A stretch of 64,000 bases of DNA from Octopus sinensis (lineage: Eukaryota), in the NCBI RefSeq assembly GCF_006345805.1, contig NC_043000.1, positions 146,134,001-146,198,000 on the forward strand, written 5' to 3'. The notes beneath the pieces were generated by a model. That model did not search any database, had not been told where the DNA came from, and was given only the letters and a program-made list of their open reading frames with translations. The translations under genes and the position numbers were made by a program. Each line of letters begins with the position of its first letter. Within the stretch, counting starts at the first letter, position 1. Shown in pieces: positions 15,257 through 28,569 of the stretch.

Positions 15257-15480
15257 ATGTATATGTTTGTGTGTCTGTGTTTGTCCCCCTAGCATTGCTT
15301 GACAACACTGGTGTGTTTATGCCTCCGTTACCTAGCGGTTCAGCAAAAGAGACCGATAGAATAAGTACTGGGCTTACAAAAAGAATAAGTCCCAGTGTCG
15401 AGTTGCTCGATTAAAGGCGGTGCTCCAGCATGGCCGCAGTCAAATGACTGAAACAAATAAAAGAGAGAGAGTAAAAGAGT
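15047..15480 (+). mobile_element. tRNA-derived SINE, family A
   Basis: GGCGCAGGAGTGGCTGTGTGG head, GGTTCAGTCCC B box, internal (TA)(TG) tract, ...GACTGAAACAAATAAAAGAG tail. Confidence 0.9.
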
Positions 15481-15885
15481 ATAGATGACACACAAAATTA
15501 AAGCTCTCTAGTATATGGACTTAAAGGAGTAATAATAGTAATAATAATAATAATAATATAATAAGAAGAAGAAGAAGAAAGAAGAAGAAGAAGAAGAAGA
15601 AGAAGAAGAAAGAAGAAGAAGAAGAAGAAGAAGAAGAAGAAGAAAAAGAAGAAGAAGAAACTGCAAATAAGCGATGTAAGAAATATTCCACGTACCACCT
15701 CATTACTTCTGTTAACTCTCATCTGCAGCAATAGTGATTACATTTATGAATTATATAAATTAGTAGCAGTATAACCCGGTCTTTCCTGGGATTAAGTTAC
15801 GATTATTAAGCTAATCGAGTTCTTTATTTCAAAGCAAACTAAGTAATATAGATGTCAAATTTGGGCGAAATCTGTTGAAATTAGT

Positions 15886-15941
<56 letters not shown>

Positions 15942-16500
15942 ATATAAATATATATGGACAACAGACACGAACACACATACACACACGTACGTACATACAC
16001 CTATTGCATGTTTTGTGCACGCATACATGTTCGAGAAATTAATGGAAAAAATGTTGTTAAATTTGTAGATACGTACGCGCACGATTTTCACTAAGAAAAC
16101 AAATCTATTTCTTTTTTGGCGTGGAATCAACTACTCTGTCCTCAAAACCCTTTTTGTGGTCCGTGAAACGGAGTGGGGTGTGGTGGAAGCCTCGAAAATT
16201 GTATCCATTTATATTGTGTAATTCACTGACAAATTGATACTCACCTCTTTGTTTCTTCGTTGTTAAATAGATGGATTGTCAACAAAACACTTTTTACTCG
16301 GCGTAAATTAAAAACAAGATCCTTTCGCACCCAAAGTAATGTTTGTGAGAAAGATAGTGGGGAGAAGATGAACGATTTAAAATAAATAAATGATTTAAAA
16401 TAAATATATTGTAATTGTTGTGTGAGAAATATATTTATTATGATTATAAAATATAGTGTCATTCAAAAACAAAATAAAACAAAACATTTTACATTTTATT

Positions 16501-16755
16501 TTTATGAACGTCGTCACTCACTCTCTCTCTCTCCTTCTCTCACTTTGTCTTTACCGTGAAACTCTCTGCCCCCTTCTTCACTTTTCTTTATCTTATTTTT
16601 TTTTTGTTAGACGACATCAAAAAAGCTAAGGCGGTTTATGAACGTCGTCATTTACTCTCTGTCTCTGTCTCTCTCACTTTGTCTTTCCCATGAAACTCTG
16701 CCTCCTTCTACTATTCTTTATCTTATTTTTGTTAGACGCTGTCAAAAAAGAAATG
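16501..16755 (+). repeat. Diverged tandem duplication of a ~130-bp unit
   Basis: TTTATGAACGTCGTCA...CTCTCACTTTGTCTTT...TTATCTTATTTTTT..GTTAGACG..TCAAAAAAG occurs at 16501 and ~16634. Confidence 0.8.
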
Positions 16756-17659
16756 GCTGATATTTTTTTGTGGCTAAAAGCTATGCCTGAAAATAGATAT
16801 TTGCGCTATCCACGGGTGCCTCTGGGAAAAAAATACTTTGACAAAACCCAAATAGGATGTTGAAAAATGCCCTCCTAAAATTGGAGCGACATGCGTGCTA
16901 ATTTGTGGACATGTATAAATTACAATCACGTACACACATACACACACACGCACGCACATCCTCTCTTTTATAGATATGATGTCGCCCTAGGTCTACATTC
17001 TTCATGTATTACCTGACGATAAAATCCTACAGACATGTTCAAGCACACACTCGCGCACACAAACACTCACCTATCCATCAAGAACACACCAAGCGCATAT
17101 ATAATTTATATTGTAATGAACACAAACTGCATTAGGTTTCTATCTACATTATTACACTCCTCGTTTTTCTTTATTAGCCTTTAGTTATCGTTTATGTTTA
17201 TTTACACTCTTATTCCAATGTAGATTCAAGGTCCCTGTCGCATCTTCTCTATGGAATGATCATAGTAGTTTGTTGTTGCCGCATTTTGGCTACAAGTACA
17301 TGGAATTTATGTTGCAACTGCTGAAACCGCTAATGTTGGAATTAACATGTTTTAAAGCATTTCAATCTTGGTTAAACGCATGAATTAATTTATGCGTGCT
17401 GCTATCTCTGTACTGGGTCTTAGGATTGTATGGAAATTTTATTGAAGCGTATTATTACGTATGCTTCTATGTATCAATATGTTGTCATACATAGACATAT
17501 GCACAACAATATCCTCGTTCAATTGCACAGAGAACATTACCCCTCTAGACCATAGGGTCCGCTATATCTGGCTTCTGAAAATAAGTTCTTTAATTACTAC
17601 CGAAGATTTTCAAATATAAAAAGTCAATAATATTGTCTGTATGAAACTGAAAAAAAGTA

Positions 17660-18071
17660 CTCTCTCTCTCTCTTTACTCTTTTATTTGCTTCAGTCATTT
17701 GACTGCGGCCATGCTGGAACACCGCCTTTAGTCGAGCAAATCGACCTCAGGACTTATTCTTTATAAGCCTAGTACTCATTCTATCGGTCTGTTTTTCCGA
17801 ACTGCTAAGTTACGAGGACGTAAACACACCAGCGTCGGTTGTCAAGCGATGTTCGGAGGACAAACACAGACACACAAACACACATACATATATACATATA
17901 CATATATACGACGGGCTTCTTTCAGTTTCCGTCTATCAAATCCACTCACAAGGCGTTGGTGGGCCCGAAGCTATAGTAGAAGACACTTGCCCAAGATGCC
18001 ACGAAATGGGACTAAACCCGAAACCATGTGGTTGGTAAGCAAGCTACTTACCACACAGCCACTCCTGCGCC
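17660..18071 (-). mobile_element. tRNA-derived SINE, family A
   Basis: Reverse complement of the 15047-15480 copy. Confidence 0.9.
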
Positions 18072-18107
18072 TCACTTAAAGTTCTTCACTTTAGATAGAA
18101 ACTAAGT

Positions 18108-18260
18108 AATAATTCTTTCAAATACCGGCACAGCTAGTATTTATTTTATCGACCGTGAAAGGTTAAGTCGACCTCGACGGAATTTGAACTCAGAAAGAAA
18201 AGATAGGAGAAATGTCGCTATGAATTTGTGTCCGGCGTGTTATCGATTCCGTCAGCTTCC
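18108..18260 (-). mobile_element. SINE family C, degenerate
   Basis: TTTATCGACC...GTCGACCTCGACGGAATTTGAACTCAGAA motif. Confidence 0.65.
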
Positions 18261-18524
18261 TAACTTCAGAATCGACGTAATAAGAAGCTCAGAAACTACA
18301 TAAACAGCAGCAAAAATATTTTTAAAAAAACAAGCATAATAACGGCAACAACGATGAGAATGAAGGCAGCAATGATGTGAAAAAGTGTAATTATTACAAC
18401 CACACCAATAACGGCAATATCTTCAAGAAATAATGAAAGCAGATACAATGATCCAAACATTACACCAAAGTACCCAGCTATTAGAGTGTTGGTTGCGGAA
18501 GAAACAACCGTAGCTTAATATATG

Positions 18525-18634
18525 CAAATTCCGCGGAGGCCGACTTTACCTTTCATCCTTTCGGGATCGATAAAATAAGTACCAGTTGAAATCGACTATC
18601 CCATCCTCCAAAGTTTAGGCCTATAGTCGAAAGG

Positions 18635-18697
<63 letters not shown>
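18525..18697 (+). mobile_element. SINE family C, partial, with (ATT)n tail
   Basis: CAAATTCCGCGGAGGCCGACTTTACCTTTCATCCTTTCGGGATCGATAAAATAAGTACCAG followed by (ATT)n. Confidence 0.75.
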
Positions 18698-18810
18698 GTG
18701 TGAGAGGACAGTGCATGCCATCAAAGTGACACTGGGGTAAAATATACGAAGCCCAGTATACCCATCATGACGACCCGTCTGATAAGGGTACACTAGGCAC
18801 ATGCATCATC
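18698..18810 (+). repeat. Interspersed repeat D fragment (second copy 51255-51390, minus)
   Basis: GTGCATGCCATCAAAG..ACACTGG.GTAAAATATACGAAGCC.AGTAT..CCATCATG shared by two copies in opposite orientation. Confidence 0.7.
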
Positions 18811-18816
18811 ATATTA

Positions 18817-18900
<84 letters not shown>

Positions 18901-18902
<2 letters not shown>

Positions 18903-19120
18903 ACGACAATCTTGCAGACTCGTTAGCACGTTGGGCTAAATGTTTAGCGGTATTTCACCCGTCGCTACGTTCTGATTTCAAATTCCGCCGAGGTTGACTG
19001 TGCCTTTCATCCTTTCTGGGTCGATAAAAATAAGTACCAGTTGAATACTAGGGTCGATGTTATCGACTTAACCTCTCCCCCAAAATTGCTGCCATTGTGG
19101 AAAAATTTGAAACTGTTATT
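18901..19120 (+). mobile_element. SINE family C
   Basis: CGTTAGCACG...CAAATTCCGCCGAGG...GCCTTTCATCC...AAGTACCAG. Confidence 0.75.
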
Positions 19121-19464
19121 ACTATTGTTGCTATTTTGTTTTCATCACAAGTTTAATTGAAACTCCTGAAATCTTGCATGCGTAGAGGGCTTGCTACCTA
19201 CAGCGTACGGTACCGTGCTATCTGTTCTTTTCAGCTAACTAATTCTGGCCGTTGCAAGGAGGCAAATCTTTTGTAACAGTTCTATTGGGCACTCTATTTC
19301 AATTTCCTTTATACACCTCTTGATGTCTTTCGATACTGTCACCAAGGACCCAACAATGATTGGCACTATCTTCACTTTCTTTATTTTCCATGAGCGAGCT
19401 ATTTCGCACTTAAGAGGGTTGTGTTTATCAATTTTTCGCCTTCCTTATTATTGTTGTTGTTATT

Positions 19465-19686
19465 AAGGTGGCAAACTGGCGAAATCTTTAGCACGCCAAA
19501 GCAAAATGCTTCGTATTATTTCATCGGTCTTGACATTCTGAGCTGAAATTCTACCGAGGTTGATTATGCCTTTCCTCCCTTTGGATGTGGATAAAATAAT
19601 ACCAGTCAAACAACAGGGGTCGATGTAATCGACTTACCTCTCCCCCAGAATTTCAGGCCTAGTGCCTAAAGTAGAAAGGATTATTA

Positions 19687-19741
<55 letters not shown>
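19465..19741 (+). mobile_element. SINE family C with (ATT)n tail
   Basis: Degenerate head and centre; tail CAGGCCTAGTGCCTAAAGTAGAAAGG(ATT)n. Confidence 0.7.
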
Positions 19742-19969
19742 GACGGCGAGTTGGCAGAATCGTTAACACGTCAGACAAAATGTTTAGCAGCATTTCTTCC
19801 TTCTTTATGTTTCGATGTCAAATTCCGTTGCGGTCACCTTTGCCTATCGTCCATTCGGGGTCGATGTACTAAGTATCAGTGAAGTACTGACATGGATGAA
19901 ATCGACTATCCCCGTCCTCCAAAATTTCAGGGCTTGCGTCTATAGTAGAAAATATTATTATTATTATTA

Positions 19970-20038
<69 letters not shown>

Positions 20039-20040
20039 TA
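19742..20040 (+). mobile_element. SINE family C with (ATT)n tail
   Basis: GGCGAGTTGGCAGAATCGTTAAC head begins directly after the previous copy's (ATT)n tail. Confidence 0.7.
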
Positions 20041-20069
20041 TTAGCGATAGTAGTCTTAGTAGTAGTTAC

Positions 20070-20392
20070 GTTTCCGGTGCTTCTACAACGGCGCTTAAGG
20101 TGGTTCGGTCATGCGGCACAGTGTCCAGGGGGTGAGCTGATTCGCGATGCCGTCCTCCCATCTCCACTTCCCAGAAGACCTGGGCAACGACGATAAAGGA
20201 GGACCCCTCCGAACTCTCAGGTCCGCAGGTGGTCGGTTTGCGCAGATGGAACCGCGAATGGCTCACTATCTCCAGGGACCTCGCACAGGATCGTCGAGCG
20301 TGAGCCGCCATGGGTTCGTGATGCCGTTAGGGCCAGAGAAGAAGCCGGCACAAGCCGCCCTTGGTGAACGCCGTCACAAGTACAAGTAAGTA
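20070..20392 (+). mobile_element. RTE-clade LINE 3' end
   Basis: LQRRLRWFGHAA..ELIRDAVLPSPLP / KTWATTIKED..GPQVVGLRRWNREWL..DLAQDRRA followed by a (CAAGTA)-type tail. Confidence 0.8.
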
Positions 20393-21532
20393 ACACATAC
20401 TGTATGGAATGTGTTTGTTTAGTCCATATAAGAATATTTTCACTACCAACGTGATCGACTGTCATTTCTTTTGGGTCGATTATATAAATACTGCTCTACT
20501 ACAATAACCGCCTTTTGCAAGGATTTATTAAAGTTAACTAAGAATTGCTGAGCTACTGTAAGAAATCATGCCTATTTATATCTTAGCTATCATATATATT
20601 TCTTATTTGTTTTATGAATAAGGCGGTGTAGCTGTCGAAAGTGATATTCTCCAATGATGATTATAACAGCGGAATAAAACTAACATCAATCAACACTATC
20701 GGGTAGTACTGGAAATAGCATCTAGCACAATATGTTGCTGTGCAAAACATCTAATGTCACTTTATTGATGCTATCGCAACATCGTAGCAAGATTAATGAT
20801 CGTAATGACAACAACGACTACAACTATTATAATAAATATAACTCTTGTAGATTGTGTTGCAGATAGAAGATTACTCCTACACTCATACTTTCTTTTCAAG
20901 GATTTTTTACTTGAAAGAACACAGAGTGTTTGGATAAACGGATTTGATTTTACGGTAGTAGATTCTTACCTATCAGCGTGTTTTCTGCGAGAACTTGCAC
21001 TCTGCTGCTGAGCGCCTATTCATGACTATCGGTTCACCGATAACACGAAATTGGATTTTCTAGAAATCGGACACACTGTTCTTGTCATTATCTTTCTTCA
21101 TCAAATATTCCATCGGTTTTATGTCTGATATAAACATTTTCTACGACGTGAATTTTTCGAAGATGTTATCCCACATAGCAATGTACCTAATTGATTATCG
21201 ATTTTCAGCAGTGATATGTAATCTAGCCAATCAACTTTGCGAACATTGTGAAGGAAAGAAGTATAACGTTCTCACCTAAAAAATTTTTCTTCTCAGCCCT
21301 TTTATTTATAGATGATATCATTAACCAAGTTAATTTATTATTGATAATAAAGAAGTTTCAATGTGCAATTTTCATCAATAGTGTGTTTATAAAAGGATAT
21401 GTTAATTATACATATTTTTTTTAATACTTGAAACCATTTCTGCTATATTTTGGAAAGCCAATGTACAAATCATGATGCAAACAGTACGATTAGTAGGTAA
21501 AGTTCAATTTAAAATAAAACGTACAATATATA

Positions 21533-21761
21533 TTTCTTTATTGCCCACAAGGGGCTAAACATAGAAGGGACAAACAAGGACGGACAAACGGATTAAGTCG
21601 ATTACATCGACCCAGTGCGAAACTGGTACTTTATTTATCGACCCCGAGAGGATGAAAGGCAAAGTCGATCTCGGCGCAATTTGAACTCAGAACGTAACGA
21701 CAGACGAAATACGGCTAAGCATTTCGCACGGCGCGCTAACGTTTCTGCCAGCTCGCCGCCT
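21533..21761 (-). mobile_element. SINE family C (central GCCTTTCATCCTTTCGGGGTCGATAAA..AAGTACCAG domain)
   Basis: Minus strand GGCGAGCTGGCAGAAACGTTAGC...GAGTTCAAATT...; about 11 related copies in the window. Confidence 0.85.
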
Positions 21762-22863
21762 TGTACCAAAAAAGAAGTACAATATAGATTATAGAATATT
21801 TTGATGTGGAACTCGAAAGAAATGTAAACACATCCCACTGGAGGAACTAATTTCCCGACAGGAAACAGTTTGAAAAGGTATGAGGCAATAACTTTCTAGG
21901 GTAAAATGTCTGTAACCACAATGTGGTTGCAAGATATGTACGTTTAGATTGGTTTCAGTCTATCACTAGTATGTAGTGGGGTTAAACTTGATGAAATGGA
22001 AAGTTATCAAACACACAAACAAACAAGCGCGCACATACACGCATGCACACACACACATGTATCGGAAGATACACAGATAGATTAATTTAACACCACGATT
22101 GAATCACGCCATATTAATTAGTTATACGATATATACATATTCAAAGGAACAATTTCAGAAATCAAGAAACATAATTTCGGCTTTGTTCCTTCTGTAGATT
22201 GAAGTTTTGTACCAAATCATCCGTATGCTAGGAATCAATGATGTCTCAAAACGAACCCCCTGCCTATGATAATTGAATTTTCTCTTCCATGACATATATT
22301 AATCATTGTGACCATACTTTATTTATACCAATAGAGATTCTAGTATCATTTGATTCTTATATCTAGCAGTTCGAGTGGCCACGCAGAGTGTACCCTGTGA
22401 ATTCCCATTCTGTGAGCAGATAAAGTAACAATATGTACTACAGCTATATTATTCTCATATAAAACCATTCTACCAAAATGAAGTCTTCTACGTAGACGAT
22501 AGAAATCAATATTATATTTGTTCTCTCCCATCTTCAGTAGTCTTCGCAAACAAAAAAAAAGTTAAAGAATTCCCCTGATAAATTTGCGTAGGAAATAATT
22601 GTAAAATTAGAATATCTATTTATTGACTAAAATTTGTGTACATTTAAGTTATCTGCAATACATATACAATATGATATAGGCACATAGAAAAAAATATGCA
22701 TATATATGCGAACACACAAACACGCAAATACATAGAAATATAGAATTCATTATATATATATAAATAAATATATATATACATATATGCACTTATGTGTTTT
22801 TGACGTCTGCAAATTAGTACAAGTATGTTTTGCATGTATGTATGTATATATTATATCCCATAT

Positions 22864-22901
<38 letters not shown>

Positions 22902-22908
22902 TATATAT

Positions 22909-23215
<307 letters not shown>

Positions 23216-23239
23216 TATATATATTATATATATATATAT

Positions 23240-23322
<83 letters not shown>

Positions 23323-24364
23323 ATATATATATATATATAGATATATATATATATAGCGGAGTAGATAATACAGGGGGCAGCTGATGAAGGGAATGTTCTT
23401 TATGTAGCCTGTCTAGTTTGTCTATTTGTTTCTTTCGTGTTAAAAATAAAGTTCCTTTTCTGTTTTTGTTTTTTATGTTCTCGTTTCTCATTTTGTTCAC
23501 GTTTGCTTTTGAAGTCCTGTACCCCTATATGCATGGATATATACATATATATATATGTAGGAATGTACATATTTGTATGTATCTATGCATATATTTATAT
23601 ATTGTCTTGACAAGACGTATTTTTCATAGCTCCGGCCAGTCAGTAACCAAAGAAACAGATTTCAACTAAAACCAGCAGTAACGCTCCTTGTTTTTAGTCC
23701 CAGAACTCTTGAATTCTACTATTCTACTATTTTACTATCATCGGAGGATATACACAAATTTATATACAACCTGCAGAAACAAATATAAACCAAAACTATA
23801 CCCACGATTAGTTCTAAATCTAGTCCCTTGAGTACAATTATTTTCTCTTGATTTCTGTCATACACACCGCTCATTCTGATTTGTACTAAATACACTGAAC
23901 TCTCACAAACACACACCCAGACATAGCCACGCATTTCTGAATATATCGACACAAAGTTTTCAACGGTGTATTCACTATTATACATCAAGTTATCAATAAC
24001 TGACGTCCAGTGTACAATGCTATCCCACTGTATATGACCAATAATATTCTAAAACGCCTCTGGGCAGAAAACGAAATCAGTGAACTGATAAACATTTGGT
24101 ACACCCACCATAACAATTGTGTAAAAGTTAATGTCTACGGTAAAATCGCTGAAAAATTAACGTCACAATTCTTTTACAGATCTATGAAACAGATTGAAAA
24201 CAAAAGAACATTTCATATTTTACACACGCACATGGAAACACTAGAAGCCATACTAGTCAATGGATGTAGTGCACCAACTGACCCAACACCAACAGGTCAA
24301 AAGGGTCACTTCAACGACCCCCTAGCCAACAACCAACTAACCTAATTTCACCCGACACTACCGT

Positions 24365-24610
24365 GGCGAGCCAGGACTCACTGCCACAACAACAGCAAGC
24401 GTTAGCACGCCGGGCGAAATGCATAGCCGTATTTCGTTTGCCGTTACGTTCTGAGTTCAAATTCCGCCGAGGTCGACTTTGCCTTTCGTCCTTTCGGGGT
24501 CGATAAATTAAGTACCAGTTGCGCACTGGGGTCGATGTAATCCACTTAATCAGTTTGTCTGTCCTTGTTTGTCCCCTCTATGTTTAACCCCTTGTGGGTA
24601 ATAAAGAAAC
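24365..24610 (+). mobile_element. SINE family C
   Basis: Body and tail (CCCCTTGTGGGTAATAAAGAAA) match 21533-21761. Confidence 0.85.
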
Positions 24611-24954
24611 ATATATTACATTGGAAGCACCTTGCTTGGCACCACTATCTGACCTGATTCCACCCAGTCCCACCGTTGTAAATCAAGTTTTACTGCCGCT
24701 ATAGCAGCCAAAGCAATAGTCTTCCACTGCTACTACAGCAGAACCACTGATCAACGAGCCTGCCAGTAAAGAGATACCTTGATGAATTCTTTGCCGTGAA
24801 ACCACCTCAATTCTGGGAAGAGGGTATTTTCAAATTAAAGGAAAGAGGGAGACGCATTGTGCAACAAAATGGTTTATATTTGGTTGATGTAATGGCAAGT
24901 ATTTATTGATCTTTTTCTTTCCTTTAAAATTCGGCACGAACTTTCCGGACAACC

Positions 24955-25868
24955 CAATGTATGCTGTGAGTCAATGGGCAGACAAAAACAAAATGCAACT
25001 GAACGAGGGAAATTTGAACTGTTGCATTTTAGAAGAAGGTCTATACTAAAACAGCCATACTCTCTTCCTTCTGGGGAACCGCTCACGGCTTCTAATAATA
25101 TCAGAGACCTGGGTGTAAAATATTGATAGCAATCTCAGTTGGAGTTCCCACATCAACAATGAGGTCGATATAGCTCGTAGGATGAGCTCTTAAGAACCTT
25201 CTGGTCCAGATAACAAGGCGTCATCATTCCACTTTTCTCCTCCTTTGTACGGCTACACCTCGCATACTGCTGCCCCGCGTGGTCTGCCCATACAAAACAA
25301 AACATTTCGAGGATTGAATCACCCCAGAGGGCACATACTAAACGAATTGAAGTCATGACTGAGCTCTATTACTGGGACAACCTTAAAGCCTTGAAACTCT
25401 ACTCGCTTCAGCGCCGCTGCGATCGGTACATCATTTGTACGATGTGGAAAATATACCGCCAGCATTGTCCAAACGACCTGAACATTAGTCTCAAGGTTCA
25501 TACAAGGCTGGGACCATGGGCCGTACCCCCCCCCTGCCCAATTACGGATCACACCATATAGGTACACTGCGACATAATTACTTTTCCTCAAAAGGCCCTG
25601 CCCTGCTTAACATTGTCCCAAAACTGATCAAAGAGGAAAAGGATCCAATCACCTTTAAACGGAGTCTGGACATATTTCTTCAAGGAATACCGGATAAGTC
25701 ACCCATATCTGGATACAACTCACTCAACAAGCACTCACTCCTTGAATGAACCATAAACAAAACTTGACTTAAAGAGGATTTACATAATTCTATCAGGTGG
25801 TACTATTAAGTTACACATAGCCTGGACCAATCTTTAGTCGAAACAAACCTAAGCTTTTATCTAAGTTT
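24955..25868 (+). mobile_element. CR1/L2-type LINE 3' fragment (RT C-terminus and 3' UTR), frameshifted
   Basis: QWADKNKMQLN..ELLHF, IRDLGV-IDSNLSWSSHI, YCCPAWS, LKLYSLQRR.DRYII..WKI, FKRSLDIFLQGIPD. Confidence 0.85.
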
Positions 25869-25873
25869 TATTT

Positions 25874-25962
<89 letters not shown>

Positions 25963-26122
25963 GTGTATATATATGAGTGTACGCGAGTATGTCGATGTAT
26001 TTGTAGGTATGTAGAGTTATGTGTATGTGCAGGTATGTGAGTGTAGATACAAATTGTAGATGTGTATATATATGTATGTGTATATATACATGTATATAGG
26101 TATATGTATGTGTGTGTATATG

Positions 26123-26156
<34 letters not shown>

Positions 26157-26252
26157 TATATGTATATGCGAGTATGTAGAGATATAAGTATATGCATGTG
26201 TATATGTATATGTGTGTATATATATGTATGGGTATGTGTATGTGTATGTATG

Positions 26253-26283
<31 letters not shown>

Positions 26284-26750
26284 GTATGCATATACGTATG
26301 TATGTATGTATGTATATGTGTATGTATATATGTGTGTAAGTGTGTGTATATATGTAAATGAAGTGTGTGCTTGTATGAGAATGTATGTATGTTTGCACAC
26401 ATGTATATATGTGTGTGTATGTGTATATGTATATGTATATGTGTATATATATTGTATATGAATATATATGTGATGTATATGTGTATGTATATATATATGT
26501 GTATAGGTCTGTGTTGTATACATGTGTGTATGTGTATGTATGTATGTATATATATGCGTGTGTATGTGTATGTGTATATGTACATATACGCGTACGCTCG
26601 TGTGTTTATGTATATGTAGTACGTAGAGTTATCTATGTGTGTATTTATATGTACATGTGTGTAAGTATGTATATATATATGTGATGTGTATGTGTTATGT
26701 GTATATATATATGTATTATATATGTATGTGTATGTGTATGTGTATATATG

Positions 26751-26827
<77 letters not shown>

Positions 26828-27193
26828 AAGTTTATATGTATGTATCCGTCTATATAATAGGTACCTGCACGTACTATACTTAATATTTATTATTTATTTT
26901 TGAGTATGCATGTACGAATAACTGCGCGTATATATATTTTACTATTTACTTATTTTTTGAGTATGCATGTAAGTATGAACATAAGGAGGCGCGTGTGTGT
27001 GTGTGTATGTGTAAGCATAGATATATGTATACTTTTACGCATGTGTGTACTTATGTGTATATATGGATGCGCGCGTGTGTGTGTGTATGGGTACGCATGT
27101 ACATGTGTATGTGCGTGTAGTGTATATATATGTATATGTGTGTGTATGCGTATGTGTGTGTGTATATATATATATATGTGTATATATATGTGA

Positions 27194-27227
<34 letters not shown>

Positions 27228-27649
27228 ATTTGTATGTAGGTGTATATTGTATGGTGTGTGTATTTATATTTATTGGTGTATATATATAGACTAGCCTTCT
27301 AAGAGTGTAGACATGAATCTGTAGGTACGCGTACGTATGTGTATATACGTGAATGTATGTAGATGTATGTATGTATGAATATAACGCGTGCGTGCGTGTA
27401 TGTGTATGAGTGTACGAATGAGTGAGTGTACGTGCTAAAGAGTGTGCGTGAGTGAATGAATGCTTGTTTTCCAGTAGACAGATAAATGGACTGGCTGTCA
27501 TAGCCAAGATGTTTGTGACGAAGCGGCCAAAGATAACAAAAGTAATAAACGAAGATAATAAAATTAAAATTAGGGAATGGGTCTGTATTTGTATGTGTAT
27601 ATATATGGTGGTATGTGTAGGTATGCATAGGTACACATATGTATATATA

Positions 27650-27691
<42 letters not shown>

Positions 27692-28070
27692 ATATGTATG
27701 TATGTGTGTGTATATGTGTGTGTATGTGTATATATGTGTTATAGGGACTAGTGTGCTGTGTGTGCATGTGTGTGTGTGGATTGTGTGTGTATGCGTGTAT
27801 GTGAGTATGTGTGTGTATGTGTATATATATTTTTTTCTGTGCGTATATGTATGTGTGGTCGTGTGTGTATATATACATGTGTGTATATATACATGTGTGA
27901 TACGTGTATGCATGTGAGTGTGTGTATGTATACATATATGTGTATGTGTAGATATGTATATTATGTGTATGTGTAAGTGTATATATATGTATATATATGT
28001 GTGTGTATGTATGTGTGTATGTATATGTATATATGTTTGTATGTGTATGTATGTATACATGTGTGCATAT
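25869..28070. repeat. ~2.2-kb compound (TA)n/(TG)n/(TATG)n microsatellite
   Basis: Directly visible; source of many spurious Y/I/H/T/C/V ORFs. Confidence 0.95.
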
Positions 28071-28446
28071 TAATAAGTGAGAATCTCCTTATTTACCTAA
28101 AACTCTATTCCCCTTTTTTTTATATATAGATTTTTTTATTTTTTTTATTTTTTTATTTTTTTATTTTTTTTATTTATTCTTCTATCTAATTTAACACTGA
28201 CTCCTTGACCACTCCCCCAAGTATGATATTTGCGCTATGCCTACCCCAAAAAGTCCCCCACCAACACCCCTTTAAACCTGCCTAATTATAAAAATGCCAA
28301 TACAATTCTTGTTAACTAGCTTCCTGAAGATTTCTCTTGAATGAAACATTCTAGTCCTGTAGAAGCTCCTTCTATATAATAAATTATTTTACTCGCTATA
28401 TGTATTGAGTACCTTATTTACTGTGGTTAACCCCGAATCACCCCGG

Positions 28447-28486
<40 letters not shown>

Positions 28487-28514
28487 GATATTATATATAA
28501 TATATATATATATA

Positions 28515-28568
<54 letters not shown>

Positions 28569-28569
28569 A

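Noticed and set aside
23375-23420. CTGATGA in a possible PLE-like end
   Set aside because: No GAAA after a stem II.
24010-24345. 111-aa non-repetitive ORF with GTG start
   Set aside because: No recognisable motif; lies among LINE/SINE debris.
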